A DNA stretch of 64,000 nucleotides from Adineta vaga (taxonomy: Eukaryota > Animalia > Rotifera). Position numbers and translations under genes: made by a program. Location of the stretch: assembly GCA_021613535.1 (NCBI GenBank), contig CP075495.1:15872001-15936000 (forward strand). Direction: 5' to 3'. Shown here one piece after another: positions 51,945 to 64,000 of the stretch. The notes under the pieces were generated by a model. It worked only from the letters and a program-made list of their open reading frames with translations, was not told the origin of the DNA and did no database searches. Each line of letters opens with the position of its first letter. The stretch's first letter is position 1.

Positions 51945-53548
51945 CGGTGAGTACCAAAATTGATCAACAAGGTTTATTTTCAAATTTTTTTTCGTCATCC
52001 TAAACGCTGATAAGAATCCAAATAGAGATTTGGATAGAGAAAATCGTGACTAAATTTCCCAAACAAGGGTTTCCATAAAACCGGAACCCGAGTTTTCTAC
52101 GACCCTCATTTCAAAAGTTATGAGCGTCACACAGAGTGAAAGAATGCGATTTTTTTGTCGATTTTCTGATAAATTGCACGTTTTTTCGCTTTTTGTGACG
52201 CTTATAACTTTTGAAAGGAAGGTCGTCGAAAATTCGGAGAGGTCTCATTTTGTAGAGAATTATTTGCTCGATCATTCGAAGTTGCTAAAACAAAGATTTT
52301 TTCGCAGTAACTGGATGTTGAAAAACTATGGTTTCGGTTTTATGGAAACCCTAATTTTGGAAATTTTATTGCGATTATCATTTTCACAAATCCTTGTTGG
52401 AAACAATTTTCTCTATCGAAATCCCTATTTGGATTCTTTTCAGCGTTTAGGATGACGAAAACAAATTGAAAATAATTCTTGTTGATCATTTTTGGTACAG
52501 TACTTCTCCCTAATAACGACACTCAAGCAAAATTTATGCTAAAAGCGAATTCTTTTCAGAAAAAAGTGTTTTTGACGATTTTTACTCTGAAATTGAGGGT
52601 ATATTCCTTAGTCAACTTTGAAGAGCGTCTCAAGTTCTACCTATATCTAGCGGTTCAGGTCGATTGAATCATATCATAAGAGAATCCCAATATCAACAAA
52701 AATCATCTCGGATCAATGGAAAAAATAGGTATCCCTGATAACGACACCCAGCAAAATGTTTGCCCTAATTACGACACCAAGCTATTTTTTCGCCCTAATA
52801 GCGGCACTGAGCTATTTTTTGACCCTAATAACGACAATAAGCCGATTTTCATCATCATGTTGCTTTTCGTTATAGTTGCTGAAGAATCTATCAACTTTTA
52901 TTAGGGATGTGTCGTTATTAACGACAAAAATTAGGTGGACGCCGTTATCAGAACGAAAAATCACTTTATTGTCGTTATTAGGGTCAAAAAATAGCTCAGT
53001 GTCGCTATTAGGGCGAAAAAATAGCTAAAATTGCTACGACGGCCAAATCAGCTGACTGTCGTTATTAGGGATACCTATTTTTTCCATTGATCCGAGATGA
53101 TTTTTGTTGATATTAGAATTCTCTTATGATTCAATCGACCTGAACCGCTGGATATAGGTAGAACTTGAGACGCTCTTCAAAGTTGACTAAGGAATCTACC
53201 CTCAATTTCAGAGTAAAAATCGTCAAAAACACTTTTTTCTGAAAAGAATTCGCTTTTAGCATAAATTTTGCTTGAGTGTCGTTATTAGGGCGAAAAAATA
53301 GCTGGGTGTCGTTATTACGGAAGTAGCACGTAATAACGACACCAAGACATCACGATCGTAGACCAGTGATATCTCCATGAAAATATATGAGAAAATGGAT
53401 CGAAAATACATCATTCGAAAGAGCGTCATCCAAAGATTCCCCAAATATAAAGTTGTTTGAAATCGGTCGTAAAATGGATGGACGCAGATAAAAACAAAAT
53501 AAAGTTGCATTTTAGTGTCGTTATTAGGGAGAAGTACTGTACCCACTG
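51945..53548. mobile_element. Tc1/mariner-type MITE (outer) inserted at TA in the LINE endonuclease
   Basis: ta|cggtgagtaccaaaattgatc ... gatcatttttggta[inner element]cccactg|ta. Long inverted arms at 51945-52100 and 52330-52497. Confidence 0.8.
52498..53539. mobile_element. Tc1/pogo-type MITE (inner) with TA duplication, long inverted arms and repeated CCCTAATAACGACAC motif
   Basis: ta|cagtacttctccctaataacgacact ... agtgtcgttattagggagaagtactg|ta. The 52510-52830 arm mirrors 52965-53290. Confidence 0.85.
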
Positions 53549-54487
53549 TATTTACCAACTTCTCCATCTTCAGAAGAAGATATCGATGCAGCATTATCAA
53601 GGACAGATAAAAGAGACATAATTATCTTGACAGGAGACTGGAACACTAAAATTGGTAAGGGTAATATAGATTGGAAATCCTTAATGGGAAAATATGATTG
53701 TGGCGAGATAGAAACCGACGGGAAGAACGCCTCCTAGAATTTGCTACAGTGCACACATAAGCTCAGATCATTCATTTGTATTCTAATCATGTAGCGCTGC
53801 TTTAGCGGAACAGCTTAAAGAGATAGAAGCAACTGTGCCAGCGAAAGGAATAGCTTAAAAAAGCCTGGATATCAGAAGAAACACTAAAACTAGTTGACGA
53901 AAAACGTTGATTAAAACAGCTAAAAAACGTTTTCATAGAATATACACAAAAGTATAAAGGTCTATGTAGGAAAGTCAAGAGATCAGCAAGACAGAACAAC
54001 GAATATTAGATACAAGACTAATGTGAGCAAGCTGGAAAAGGTCTAAGTATTGGAAATACAAGAGAAGCATATGATCTCATAAAAATGCTCAGTAAAGAAT
54101 TTGTACCTCGGTTAAATGTCATACGAAGTCAAGAGCGGAAAATGTTATAGCCAGATGACGAAAATAAACAAAGGTGAACACAGTATTGTAGCAGTCTGTA
54201 TAAAGATTATGGAGGTGGGGACGGAATGGCGAGAGAACTTGAAGACATTGCACCTCCTGAAAACGGTAGTCTTCAGGGTATCTTGTGCCCAGATGTGCAA
54301 ACAGCGATAAGTTCAATAAACAGAAATAAGAGTCCAGGATCAGACGGCATAACAGTGTAAATACTACAAGCGGGAGGCGAACTGCTATCACGTAAAATCC
54401 ATAAACGCTGTAACAAAGCACGGCAGTAGGGTACAATTTCAGAAGAATAGGGCAAATCTATATTGGCCGTTATCCAAAAGAAAGGGG

Positions 54488-55195
54488 CAACTGCTCAAGT
54501 TTTACAAAAACATTTTTTCGAATTTCATTTATTCGAATTGTCTTTTTGATGCAGTTTTTTACGCTGATTACGAATATACCACTCATTTGGCAAACCAACT
54601 ACTTTTGTTCTAAGAAATTCAGTTTTAAACTTTTGAGGTAAAAACTTTTTCAGAATTATCCAGAAAGGATACTTTTCGACACACAATTTCATTCTCTACA
54701 AAATGTTGTGTTTAGTTTTCATTTTTGTAGTTATAGGCGATTCATAGACTCTAACAAATTTTTCGACTTGCAGCTCAGTTTAGGAGCCTCCACATTGATG
54801 TATCAATCTGATTTTCTAGCAGCATGCTGGTCTTCATTTAAGGACCAGCACCTTAAAATATGAGATCATTCCGAGCATTTTAAGTGCCTCAAAATTGGCC
54901 AACAAAAAATTGTGTCATAGCGTTACATTTGTTTTTTGCATTTTCCAGTCGATGGGGAGGACAGAAATAAAAGATGGATTACTCGATACTGAGGGTCCTA
55001 TTATGTTATGGTATTACGCGGTCTTAAATTCTTCATAGATACTTGATGGTTGAACCAAATACAATCATTCTTGTATCCCTTGTAGAGGAAATCGAGCTTC
55101 ATCGAATGCCGTTTGAACGAGCCTTCTAGCTGTTTTCGTTCAAGAGATAATTAAGAAACAATATGTAAAAATGTCACATCGTTACGTTTGGACAA
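54488..55195. mobile_element. Unclassified insertion interrupting the LINE RT
   Basis: LINE homology stops after IQKKG (~54487) and resumes at LLNGLK (~55210). No clear TIR pair was seen. Confidence 0.45.
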
Positions 55196-55986
55196 ACTCT
55201 ACCAATAGTATTACTGAACGGATTGAAAAATCAACTGGACCCATACCTATCCGAAGAGCAGGCAGGGTTCAGAAAAGACAGAAGTATCGTACATCAAATA
55301 TTAACGCTTAGACTACTGGCTGAAAAAGCATTCGATACGATCAAACATGAAATTATTTGAGCTATGCTAAAATTCTATGGTGCTGACGCAAAGATGGTCA
55401 CCTTGCTACAAAACATCTACGAAAAGTCGCAGTTAATGGTTCCCATTGGTATAGATTATGGAGAGTCGTTTCGAACAGATGTAGGGACTAGACAAGGCGA
55501 CCCTTTGTCACCACTCCTCTTCATCCCATATCTCGAACGAGTAATGGATCAGGTGAAACGGAACAGCTGCGGAATCGATATTAGCGGAACATTTATAAAT
55601 AACCTAGGATTCGTCGATGATATTGATCTTATTGATAAAGACGTTAGCTCACTTCAACGCCAAAAAGAGCTAACTAAAACGGCTACTGAACAAGCTGAAC
55701 TGAACTTGAATATAAATAAAACCAAAACCTCGCTATTGGGAGACAGGAATATCGATAACACTATACAGGTAGCAGGAAACACCATAGAAAACGTAGAAAA
55801 TTTTGAATATTTAGATAGCTTGCTGACATGGGACAATAACTGTTCAGAGGAAATTAAAAGGATAACAGGAAAAGCGACAGGTGCAATGCCTTTTCTGAGA
55901 CACATATGGAGTAATAAGACACTGATGATAGAACATAAGCTTATAATCCTAAATACATGTGTATTCAGCTCCCTACTATATGCATC

Positions 55987-57254
55987 CTCCCAGCGCTAAA
56001 ATAACGTTAAAAAAACAAAAGTATAGTGCGCGCTCATAATTCATTATCCAAGAATTAGTAACATATCAGTGCATAGACAACTTAAAACACTACACAACGG
56101 TATATATAGATGATTCGTTTCCGTCTTGTTTCTTATGTTTTCTGTTTTGAAGAAAAGTAGTCAAAAAGGAGCCATTTTAGTAACGTCGAACGTCTTCAAA
56201 TAATAATGGAACGAGAAAGAGATGGAAAGAAATTAGAAACAATTGCACGACAACATAAGTGTACACCAGCTGCAATTTGTAAAATATTATCTCATTACAA
56301 TCAAACAGGAGAGGTCAATGGTAGTAAATCGACCGGTCGTCCTACATGTCTTAATAATGAAGAAATGAAAAAACTCGATGAATTAATTAGAAAAAAACCT
56401 ACAGCAACTGCTATTGTTCTTGCAAACGATATTTTACAAGTCATGCATAAACGTGTTAGTGTTCGCACTGTTCAAAAATATCGTCGTGATTTAGGATATC
56501 GTCCATATCAGCAAGTAGTTAAAAAGTCACTTACATTAGCACAACAACAATCAAAGCTATTATTTTCATAGAAATATATAAATACTAATATTAAAAAGTG
56601 GTCATTCACGGACGAGAAGATATTTACTATTCAAAATACCGGTACAATTGCTTGGGCAAAATCAGGTTCACAACGGCCAACACATTATGTTGACAACATC
56701 AAAGCACATGCTCAAATATGGGGTGTCATATGGTCGGGTGGAAAAGTATTTAGGAGATATGAAGGTTACATGAATTCATTATTGTATCAACAACTACTCA
56801 CTACGTACTTTGTACCACATATATCAAATCATCGTCATCTCTTCTTTTACCAAGACAATATTCCATTACATAAAACACCAGCCATGTTAACATGGTTCGA
56901 AGAAAATCGATTAGAACTCCTCAATGTGCCTGCTTATTCGCCTGAATTCAATGCAATCGAATGCGTGTGGTCTTGGCTCAAGAACTATGTGCAAAGACAA
57001 CAACCAAAAACCAAAGTCGAACTTGAACAAGCAATTGACAATGGATGTGATGCTATTCCTCAAAAGGTTATCAATTCGTACATTTTGCATATTTTGACTG
57101 TTATGCAAGAAGTTATTAATGCTTAAATTGATTTTATTGTATTTTTGTACATTACACATCCATCTATCTATTCATGATAAAAGTTCGAAATAAATACATT
57201 TGAATCATATACATCTAATTGCTTTATTTTTTAACTTTATTTTAGCGCTGGGAG
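55987..57254 (+). mobile_element. IS630/Tc1-superfamily DD34E transposon, ~30-bp TIRs, 3-bp ATC target duplication; transposase with premature stop
   Basis: TIR ctcccagcgctaaaataa(c/a)gttaaaaaa at both ends, flanked by atc (55984-86 and 57255-57). ORFs 56206..56571 and 56770..57126 share one frame across TAG 56569. Motifs: HTH/GRP, FTDEK, QDNIPLH-(34)-YSPEFNAIE. Confidence 0.9.
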
Positions 57255-57924
57255 ATCAGAGACATGGACTCTAAAGGAAGCAGACAGGAAGAAAACTATT
57301 GGTTTAATAAATGAAATGCTACCCACGAATTCTAAGAATAAATTGGCAAGATATGATACGAAACGAAGACATCTGAAAAAGGATATCAAGAGGAGACTGT
57401 AACAGACACCATCAAGAAGAGAAAGTTGAAGTTATTTGGCCACATCTGCAGAATGGACGACAGTGGACTATTGAAACATCTAGTATTTGGCACAATGGAG
57501 AGCGAATCTAGGCAAGGGCGTCCATGCAGAGAATGGTTGGATGTCATAAAAGCAGAGTAAAACGATGTACTTTTGGCGCGAAAGACAGAATTATTCGCGA
57601 TTTGATACTATAACATTTCACAATAAAAATTATAGGAACTAGCGAAAGGCCAAAATATGAAGTGTTACAGAATGGAAATTTCCATGGTCAATATCCTTTA
57701 TTATTAAAACGTGTATCCATCGGAAACAGACATTTATTCGAAAGGAAACTTTTTCGTTGCGACGTTTGTTCGCATATGCGACAATCGTTCAATTGTAATT
57801 GATAGAATTCAGAACAAAAGTAAGAGAATTACTCAAACTATATATATAGACGATTGATGATATTTAATCATTATAATCGTATAAAAGCGGTATTGGTTGC
57901 TGAACAGCACACTAAAAAACGGTC

Positions 57925-58119
57925 ATGTCAGGAACTCTTTCAATAACGTCGAAAAATGCTTCTCTAGTCATTCATAATAGATATTCCTATATTATTGATC
58001 GACGAAACGACAAAGTGCTAGGGAAATGCAAGTATTCCGGAAAATCAAAATGTCGTGATCGCTTACATACGTATTTAAACAACACATTTGGTAAAAGCGA
58101 TGGTGATCGACATTTCTGA
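57925..58119 (+). pseudogene. FLYWCH-like zinc-finger fragment (Mutator-type transposase remnant)
   Basis: TSKN..LVIHNRYSYIIDR....LGKC....KSKCRDRLHT......H pattern. Confidence 0.5.
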
Positions 58120-60315
58120 TTAACGGATCAGTTCGGGCGTATTATGATCGATTATGATAAGAATCTTTGCAAACCAAGCCAATTCACGTACTAGTTAGCA
58201 TAAACAAATGAAGGCGTTCAAGATTAGCTAAAAGCCCATTTAAAAAATAATAATAATCTGAAAAGAAATATTCGGTGTTAGCGAGAAACCGTCTTAAACC
58301 CATATCTACAAACAAACGAGTAGTATGCTCGTAAATGGTAAAACATATTACGAATTTCCAGTATTATTGAAATAATTTTAGTTCTTTCTAATGCTACAAG
58401 ATTGATCAATTTGTAGTTGTAAACAATCGAGTTCCGCATCTTCTAAAAGCAAGATTAATTTGAGCTTATAGAAACGGAACAAGATAGATATCAAGAAACT
58501 ATGAATGACAATATATAGTCTACCGCGTTCGTCTTTTTTTCCTGAGATATTTGGAGCTAAATTTTTTCCTACCGAAAATGTCAAAATACAACACAGTCGA
58601 AAACACACGTAATAAAGTTTCAAAAATGTGCCGCAAGGTGTGCAGAATTGAAAGGGACATCTTTTCATATTCTTGCAACTTTTGAAAATTCTTCCTATCC
58701 TTGCGAATAAAGGCTTCACTTACGGAATTCTTTGCTGATTCTGTTGGTTTGACATAAACCCTTTAGAAATTGATAAGGAACCGTTAGATATTCACACAAA
58801 ACTAATTTATACTCTGTAACGAAAAGTTTTTGAATATTAATGTAAAATTAGTTGATTATAACCTGGGCGTACAATATTTTCTGCCAGAGTAGTGTTATTT
58901 TTTTGGTAGTACCGACGTACACTGTTGAATGAGCTCTTATGGGTTTCGATTTATACGAATACTAGGGCATATATTATTGACTCGGAATTATTTTAGGTTC
59001 TATCTGTTTCCCTCTAATTTCTCAACTGCACAAAACGAATGGACATTTTAGGATTTTTCCACGGAAAGTTCGATATTTTATCATTCGGATATGCTAGGAA
59101 GCAGATAGAAACTGCACGAACAATTTCGGCCTGGAATTCTTCTTCTATGAAATACTTGGAATGTTATAAATTTGGCCGACTGGGTACCGAAACCTTTGTC
59201 ATAAGAATAGAAGGCTTTGAGTCGAAAACAACTCCAACTCCACGAAAGAAATTTTCTAAACTTCAGCTCAAACTCCAAAAGCACCTTTTCTTTTTTCCTT
59301 TCAGCTTTGCGTCATCTTTACCAATCTGCAGCACATAATGAATAATCAGAAGATTTATCAGAGAACGCATTGAACCTGTTCATATTGGAATTGACTTTTT
59401 CTTCAACTATGTGGCAAAGCTAATACTACTGATGCTATAGAATATGTATGATTATCTTATTGATAGTGTGACGAATCACATTATATCTCTTTCTGAACAG
59501 GTCACTCATCAGACATAATGTATCTTTCTTCCTTTGTGATAGGATGTATTGTTCTCGCTTGAAGGACGAGGTCAGTTGATATATCGAAATAAAGTAAACA
59601 TAGGAAATACTTGCGTTCAATGTCTGACTGAAAGCTAAACAAACCGTTACAGATAATTTTCACATACTGGCTCAAAAAAACTTCTATTCATCACTTCAAC
59701 TACACTCCAAGTCTAGTGAAGTTGGAGTTGCAATCCAATGCAGTCCACTAGTCTGTGTTTGAGAAGCAAGTAGGGGACTATATTATCCTCTAGTGATTAG
59801 TTCTGATAACAAGACGAAGACACGAGCTGATTAATGATCATTTATTGGAAAAAAAACTCACCACGTTATATAATGCATATGAAATAGGTTAAAGCTAAGC
59901 AACAAGACTAATATAAATAAAGAAAATAGAATGAGAAAAAGAAGATGAAAGATGATGAAAGAAGAATATGATGAAATGCAATCAGAGTAAACACTACTAA
60001 TGTACGTAATAAGAGAAAGCAAGAACGAGATAGATATGAATGAAACACGAACGATACATAGTATTCACTGATGGAAGAGTAGTCAATAATATGACAAGCA
60101 AAGAAAAATATGGAAACAAATCAGATTGCTACAATGTATGTAAACAAAGCGGCAAGTAACATCTCTGTTTCTGGCGTTTTTCCTTTCGATATTTATCCGT
60201 ATATTGTGATGTGAACTCTGAATTCGATTAAAATAATAATAAAGCCAAACTAAACTAAGCCGAAATATATGCTACGAAGAAATATTGTAGAAGTCCATAA
60301 AAAAAAAGGAATATA

Positions 60316-63300
60316 TTAACTCTTGATAACACTCTGAATGAACGATTGTTGAGATACAATTCGAGTATAAGCACCAAGTCCATTGCAGCCCACTCCAAGA
60401 CTAGAACTAACAGAGCCGGCACATGTCCATAAATTATTAGAACTGATCATAACTGGACCACCGCTATCACCTCTGCACGTATCAGTCGTCATATATCCAG
60501 CACAAAATTGGACATCACTCGATGCAACACATGATGATGTTGGAGGTAGGATTTTAACCACAGCTTGCTGCAATTCATCTGGTTGACTACCATTTACTGT
60601 CGTCCTTCCCCATCCAACAATAACAGCATTACCACCAACCACCGGTAACGAGGTATCAGTTGGCAAACAACATAGACCAACTAATGATGTTTCAGTTACT
60701 GCAGAGGCAAGTTTAAGTACAGCTATGTCGTTTGTAAAAACTGTGGCATTAAATAGTGGTTGTCGATTTATTTTGAGAACGCTACGAATTTGACCATTAT
60801 TTTTTTCGGAACGCTTCCGTATACCAGCATAAACTGTAAGCATCGCTTCTGTTACTAAACCTTCAGGCACACAATGACCCGCTGTTATAACATATTCATA
60901 CGTTATAAGAAAACCACCACAAATTTCTGTAAAATCACCAGCCGAAACTTCAACAAGTACTACCCATGGCCAGGAATTAGGGGTTGCAAGATAACCATTG
61001 ATTATCTTTGGCGTTAAAAATGTTGGCTTTATTGGAGAACATCCACATGTTGATGAACCGCTATAAGTACAGTTCACAAAAGGGGCCTCTAGAATAGTTG
61101 GAACAGCAGTAGTGGTAGTTGTTGCTAGAAATAAAACACATATTCGTTTTAGAACTAAAGTAATCAATAGCATAAATTCTATATCGCCTGGGTGTGAGTG
61201 TGAGTGTGAGTGTGGGTGTGGGTGTGGGTGTGGGTTTGGACGTAGGTAAAGGTGCGGGTGGTGGTGTCGAAATTTTTTCGAAAGTAGCAGTTGCACCGAT
61301 ACCCTCGAGAGTATGGGAACAAATCAAGTGGTTAGTAAAAGAGTAATCGCCAGCAAAACGGCGTCGACAAAGTGTACCAGATCCATTCCGAAGTCCACAT
61401 CTTACGCAAGATTTCTGACAATATCTTTCCAAGCGACATTTTCCCGTTTTTTCGTTTTTCACTCTTATTATATTAGGTTGTTAAGGAAGTTTTTGCGCTT
61501 TTTCGACATTTTCTTCTTTATTTTTTTTCTTTTCTAAAAGAATCAGTCGTCAACTATGTATGCACCGTTGGTATCTATGACTCATCGCCAACGATCTAGG
61601 AGGGAAAGGATGCCGCGCTCATGGAAGTCTACAGACCTCTGGGCAAAGAAAGTGGTAGCGTCGAACTCCTGTCCACGCAAACAGTTTGAGAGAGACCGAA
61701 AGAAGTGATATACTGTTAGAGCCAAGTCTGGAGAATAAGGCGGAAGGGAAATGGTTATTCGAACCAGTTGCATTTATTTTTCGGGAGGTAACTTTTACAC
61801 GCGAGAGCTCGTACCATCGTGGAGAAAGTAAATTCAATCCTGCTTTACTTCGAGTTGTTGTGTCACGCGATTCAACTGTTGACAGCAAATAGCGGTGGTG
61901 ATGTTGGAGCTAATATAGCGACAATTCATGGGGAATTCACACCCCATATTTTCAACTCTTGCCTAGCGCGTCCAAGTGTCTTTCTACCGTAGTATGAGGG
62001 CACTCAAGCTGCTCTACTGAGCAACGTGTCGTTAAACGTGAATCTTGTTTGATCAGCTGCTCTAAAAAGTCGATATCAACTTTAGACCTACGTTGATCTA
62101 CGAGCTTATATTTTCTGTTGCGAAAGCGATCAAATCAATATCGCGCCGTACGGATAGCTATCACACTTGGTCTCATCGTACTGCATATATATTTCGTCGG
62201 TTCAGTCACTGTGTGACTCAAACCAAATTCACGAAGTAAAAGCGCCAGAATCTCTCTACAAAATATGTTCATTTCTGCACGTTTGCGTGCATCCATATCG
62301 ATCGATATACGTTCGTTCGGACGATAGTCACACCCTCTATCTATACCCTTAGTATCGAAACTACGAGAACTTTCTATAGTGCTGTACGATATTTTTCAAA
62401 AAAGCGCAAAAACTTTCTTAACAACTTAATATATATATTCACCCACACCTATTGAGTACCCTGTGGATGCAGCAGGTATAGATGTGTATGAGTGAAAAGC
62501 ATATTGTTTAGATGACGCAATCTGTGAAATGGCATCTCGGGATGAGCTTAGCAAACATGCGACAAGGAGAAAGTGCGGAATCCCATAGAATCTAATGAAA
62601 CTCATCGGAATCTGAAGAAATCTTGAATTCAGGTTTCCAGGAGTCTACACTTTCTCCCATGGCATAAGGTGAACTTTGTATATAAAATAAAAATGAAGAA
62701 AAATCTGCCATATCAATATCGTTTAACTCACATTCTATTATTTCTTTCTTGTCAGAGACACTGCAGAGTGATATAACAGAAGTTTCCTATCAGAAAAACT
62801 TTCTCTATTTATTATAGAAACCACAAAAACACTGACCAGAACAGAGAGAATCAATCAGAACTGACGAGAGAATAACTAAACTCGATGACTGCGACACACA
62901 TCATGTCCTCTGTTATTGATCCTCGTATTCTATGCCGCTCTTGTCACTAATCACATATATTTCTTTTGGATTTTTTCCTACCTGAAGTAACTTGACCCAA
63001 AATGCAAAACTGAATTGTAACTAATATAGTTTCATTGGTTGTTTCAATATCGAATGAGTAAGATGTTGAACCAAGTTTTGATTGTATTTCAGATTTGGTC
63101 TCTGGAACACATTTCTCAAGACATTGGTCTGTCAGGCATTTCGACCGAGGACATTTATTGATGTGAACATACATGCCCAAATTAGCGCCTTCGTTCGTGC
63201 CATTTCTAACTGCATCACAAGATATTTTCACACTGAAAGAATGCGTAGCATAAAAGAATTCGTAATAAATAGTGAAGATGCTGAAGTCACTAACCCTGTC

Positions 63301-63863
63301 TGTCTTTTCTTTTTCCTGTTGTTATTTGTAACGGCACTGTTAGCAAATATCGCCGATCGAACACTGAGGATATCTTGTGAATATCCTAAGCGTTGATTCA
63401 TCTATAAAATAAAGTAACTAACGATGCCTCTCATGTCCGCAAAAATACAAATTTACTTGTCGAGCTAGTGAATTGTAATTACTTATCGTACCTTGAGGAC
63501 TATTCGTCAAATCTGTGGCAAATACTAGATTGACAGCCCTTTGTGCTTAAAAAAAGATAATTGGAATTGAAAAATATTTTTATCGTAATCTGTCTACCTT
63601 CAGCGTAGTTTCCTACGGTTATATCGTCACCTTTTCGTGGCAAATATAGCGGCAACAAAGAAAGAACCACTACCACAACAATGGAAGCCAAGGTAATTAT
63701 GGCTAAACAGACGCTTCCCACAAGCAACCAAGTTGCTGATAGTCTAGAGAAAGATAGATATGAAACAATATAAATATTAAAGGTCAGCAATCGTTTGTTC
63801 CTACCCAGCTCTTGCCGCCATCCGGTCTACATTGCTACGATAACCATTTATAAAATTCCCCAT
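60316..63863 (-). CDS. Type II transmembrane trypsin-family (S1) serine protease, multi-exon
   Basis: Probable ATG 63863; TM WLLVGSVCLAIITLASIVVVVVLSLLPLYL; RKKKR site and Cys-rich exon 63235-62981. Last exon (61125-60316) has CGCS..., activation PK|IING, WPW, TAGHC, NDIAVLKL, DTCRGDSGGP. Confidence 0.85.
61189..61266 (+). repeat. Interstitial (TGTGAG)/(TGTGGG)n telomere-like tract in the protease intron
   Basis: gggtgtgagtgtgagtgtgagtgtgggtgtgggtgtgggtgtggg; a complementary cacccacacc lies at 62440, beyond the mariner. Confidence 0.7.
61473..62429 (-). mobile_element. Internally deleted, decayed mariner element
   Basis: TIRs ttaggttgttaaggaagtttttgcgcttttt / aaaaagcgcaaaaactttcttaacaacttaa with TA flanks. 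Minus strand PPYSPDLA..YHFFRSLSN and F..RGI..L..RW; G(V)WIPHEL near 61940. Confidence 0.88.
62563..62660. mobile_element. Short MITE, copy 2
   Basis: caaggagaaagtgcggaatcc ... ggagtctacactttctcccatg; same termini as 44963-45060. Confidence 0.5.
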
Positions 63864-64000
63864 ATCTAAAATAAATGGCTAGTATTACAATTGTTTTTTC
63901 AAACTAACTACTATTCACGACAATCAAATTTCTATGAGAGATTAAATTCATCTCTCTTAATTTATCAATTAGCAAACACATACAAAACGAAGAATAGTTA

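Larger units (their letters stand above)
51450..57560 (+). mobile_element. Decayed RTE-clade non-LTR retrotransposon (APE endonuclease + RT) split by nested insertions
   Basis: APE motifs VGTW..QTLW, DIIGITEVRW, VIHIY|LPT, GDWNTKIG. RT motifs EEQAGFRKDR, GTRQGDPLSP, GFVDD, INKTK, FEYL. LLYAS|ETWTL is split by an insertion. The 3' end reads LKLFGHICRMD...GRP..EW.D. Many stops. Confidence 0.9.

Noticed and set aside
56569-56571. TAG readthrough or ciliate genetic code in the DD34E transposase
   Set aside because: A single in-frame stop, with the start codon also apparently lost, is more simply explained by decay.
61126-61296. His/Pro-rich N-terminus (PHPHSHSH) of the protease ORF
   Set aside because: Translation of an intronic TGTGGG tract. 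A splice acceptor lies at ~61126 and the true upstream exons are at 62981-63863.

Overview
Eukaryotic, very AT-rich, intron-containing DNA with short (~50-60 bp) GT-AG introns. The gene content (NHL and B-box families, ADP-ribosylglycohydrolase, Hint-domain protein, foreign-type metabolic genes, TGTGGG-type repeats) is most consistent with a bdelloid rotifer; this is inference, not shown by a search. Positions ~1-36.5 kb are gene-dense. They hold a MAM-domain membrane protein, a TM-mucin-EGF-Hog(Hint) autoprocessing protein, a sterol desaturase/fatty-acid hydroxylase, two tandem EGF genes with homogenised 3' ends, a decayed SGNH-esterase retroelement, an ADP-ribosylglycohydrolase fused to a P-loop GTPase, an OPT transporter, an NHL protein, an intron-rich and apparently domesticated Zator-type transposase, and a GH43 glycosidase. 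Positions ~37-60 kb are mostly pseudogenes and transposons: a flavin monooxygenase and an SLC18 pseudogene, several foldback MITEs, tandem repeats, and an RTE-type LINE carrying nested insertions, including a DD34E element with an unusual 3-bp ATC target duplication. The window ends with a type II membrane serine protease whose intron contains a mariner. The best candidates for novelty are the ARH-GTPase fusion, the domesticated Zator, the doubly anchored Hog protein and the non-TA DD34E element. All family assignments come from motif recognition by eye; no searches were run.
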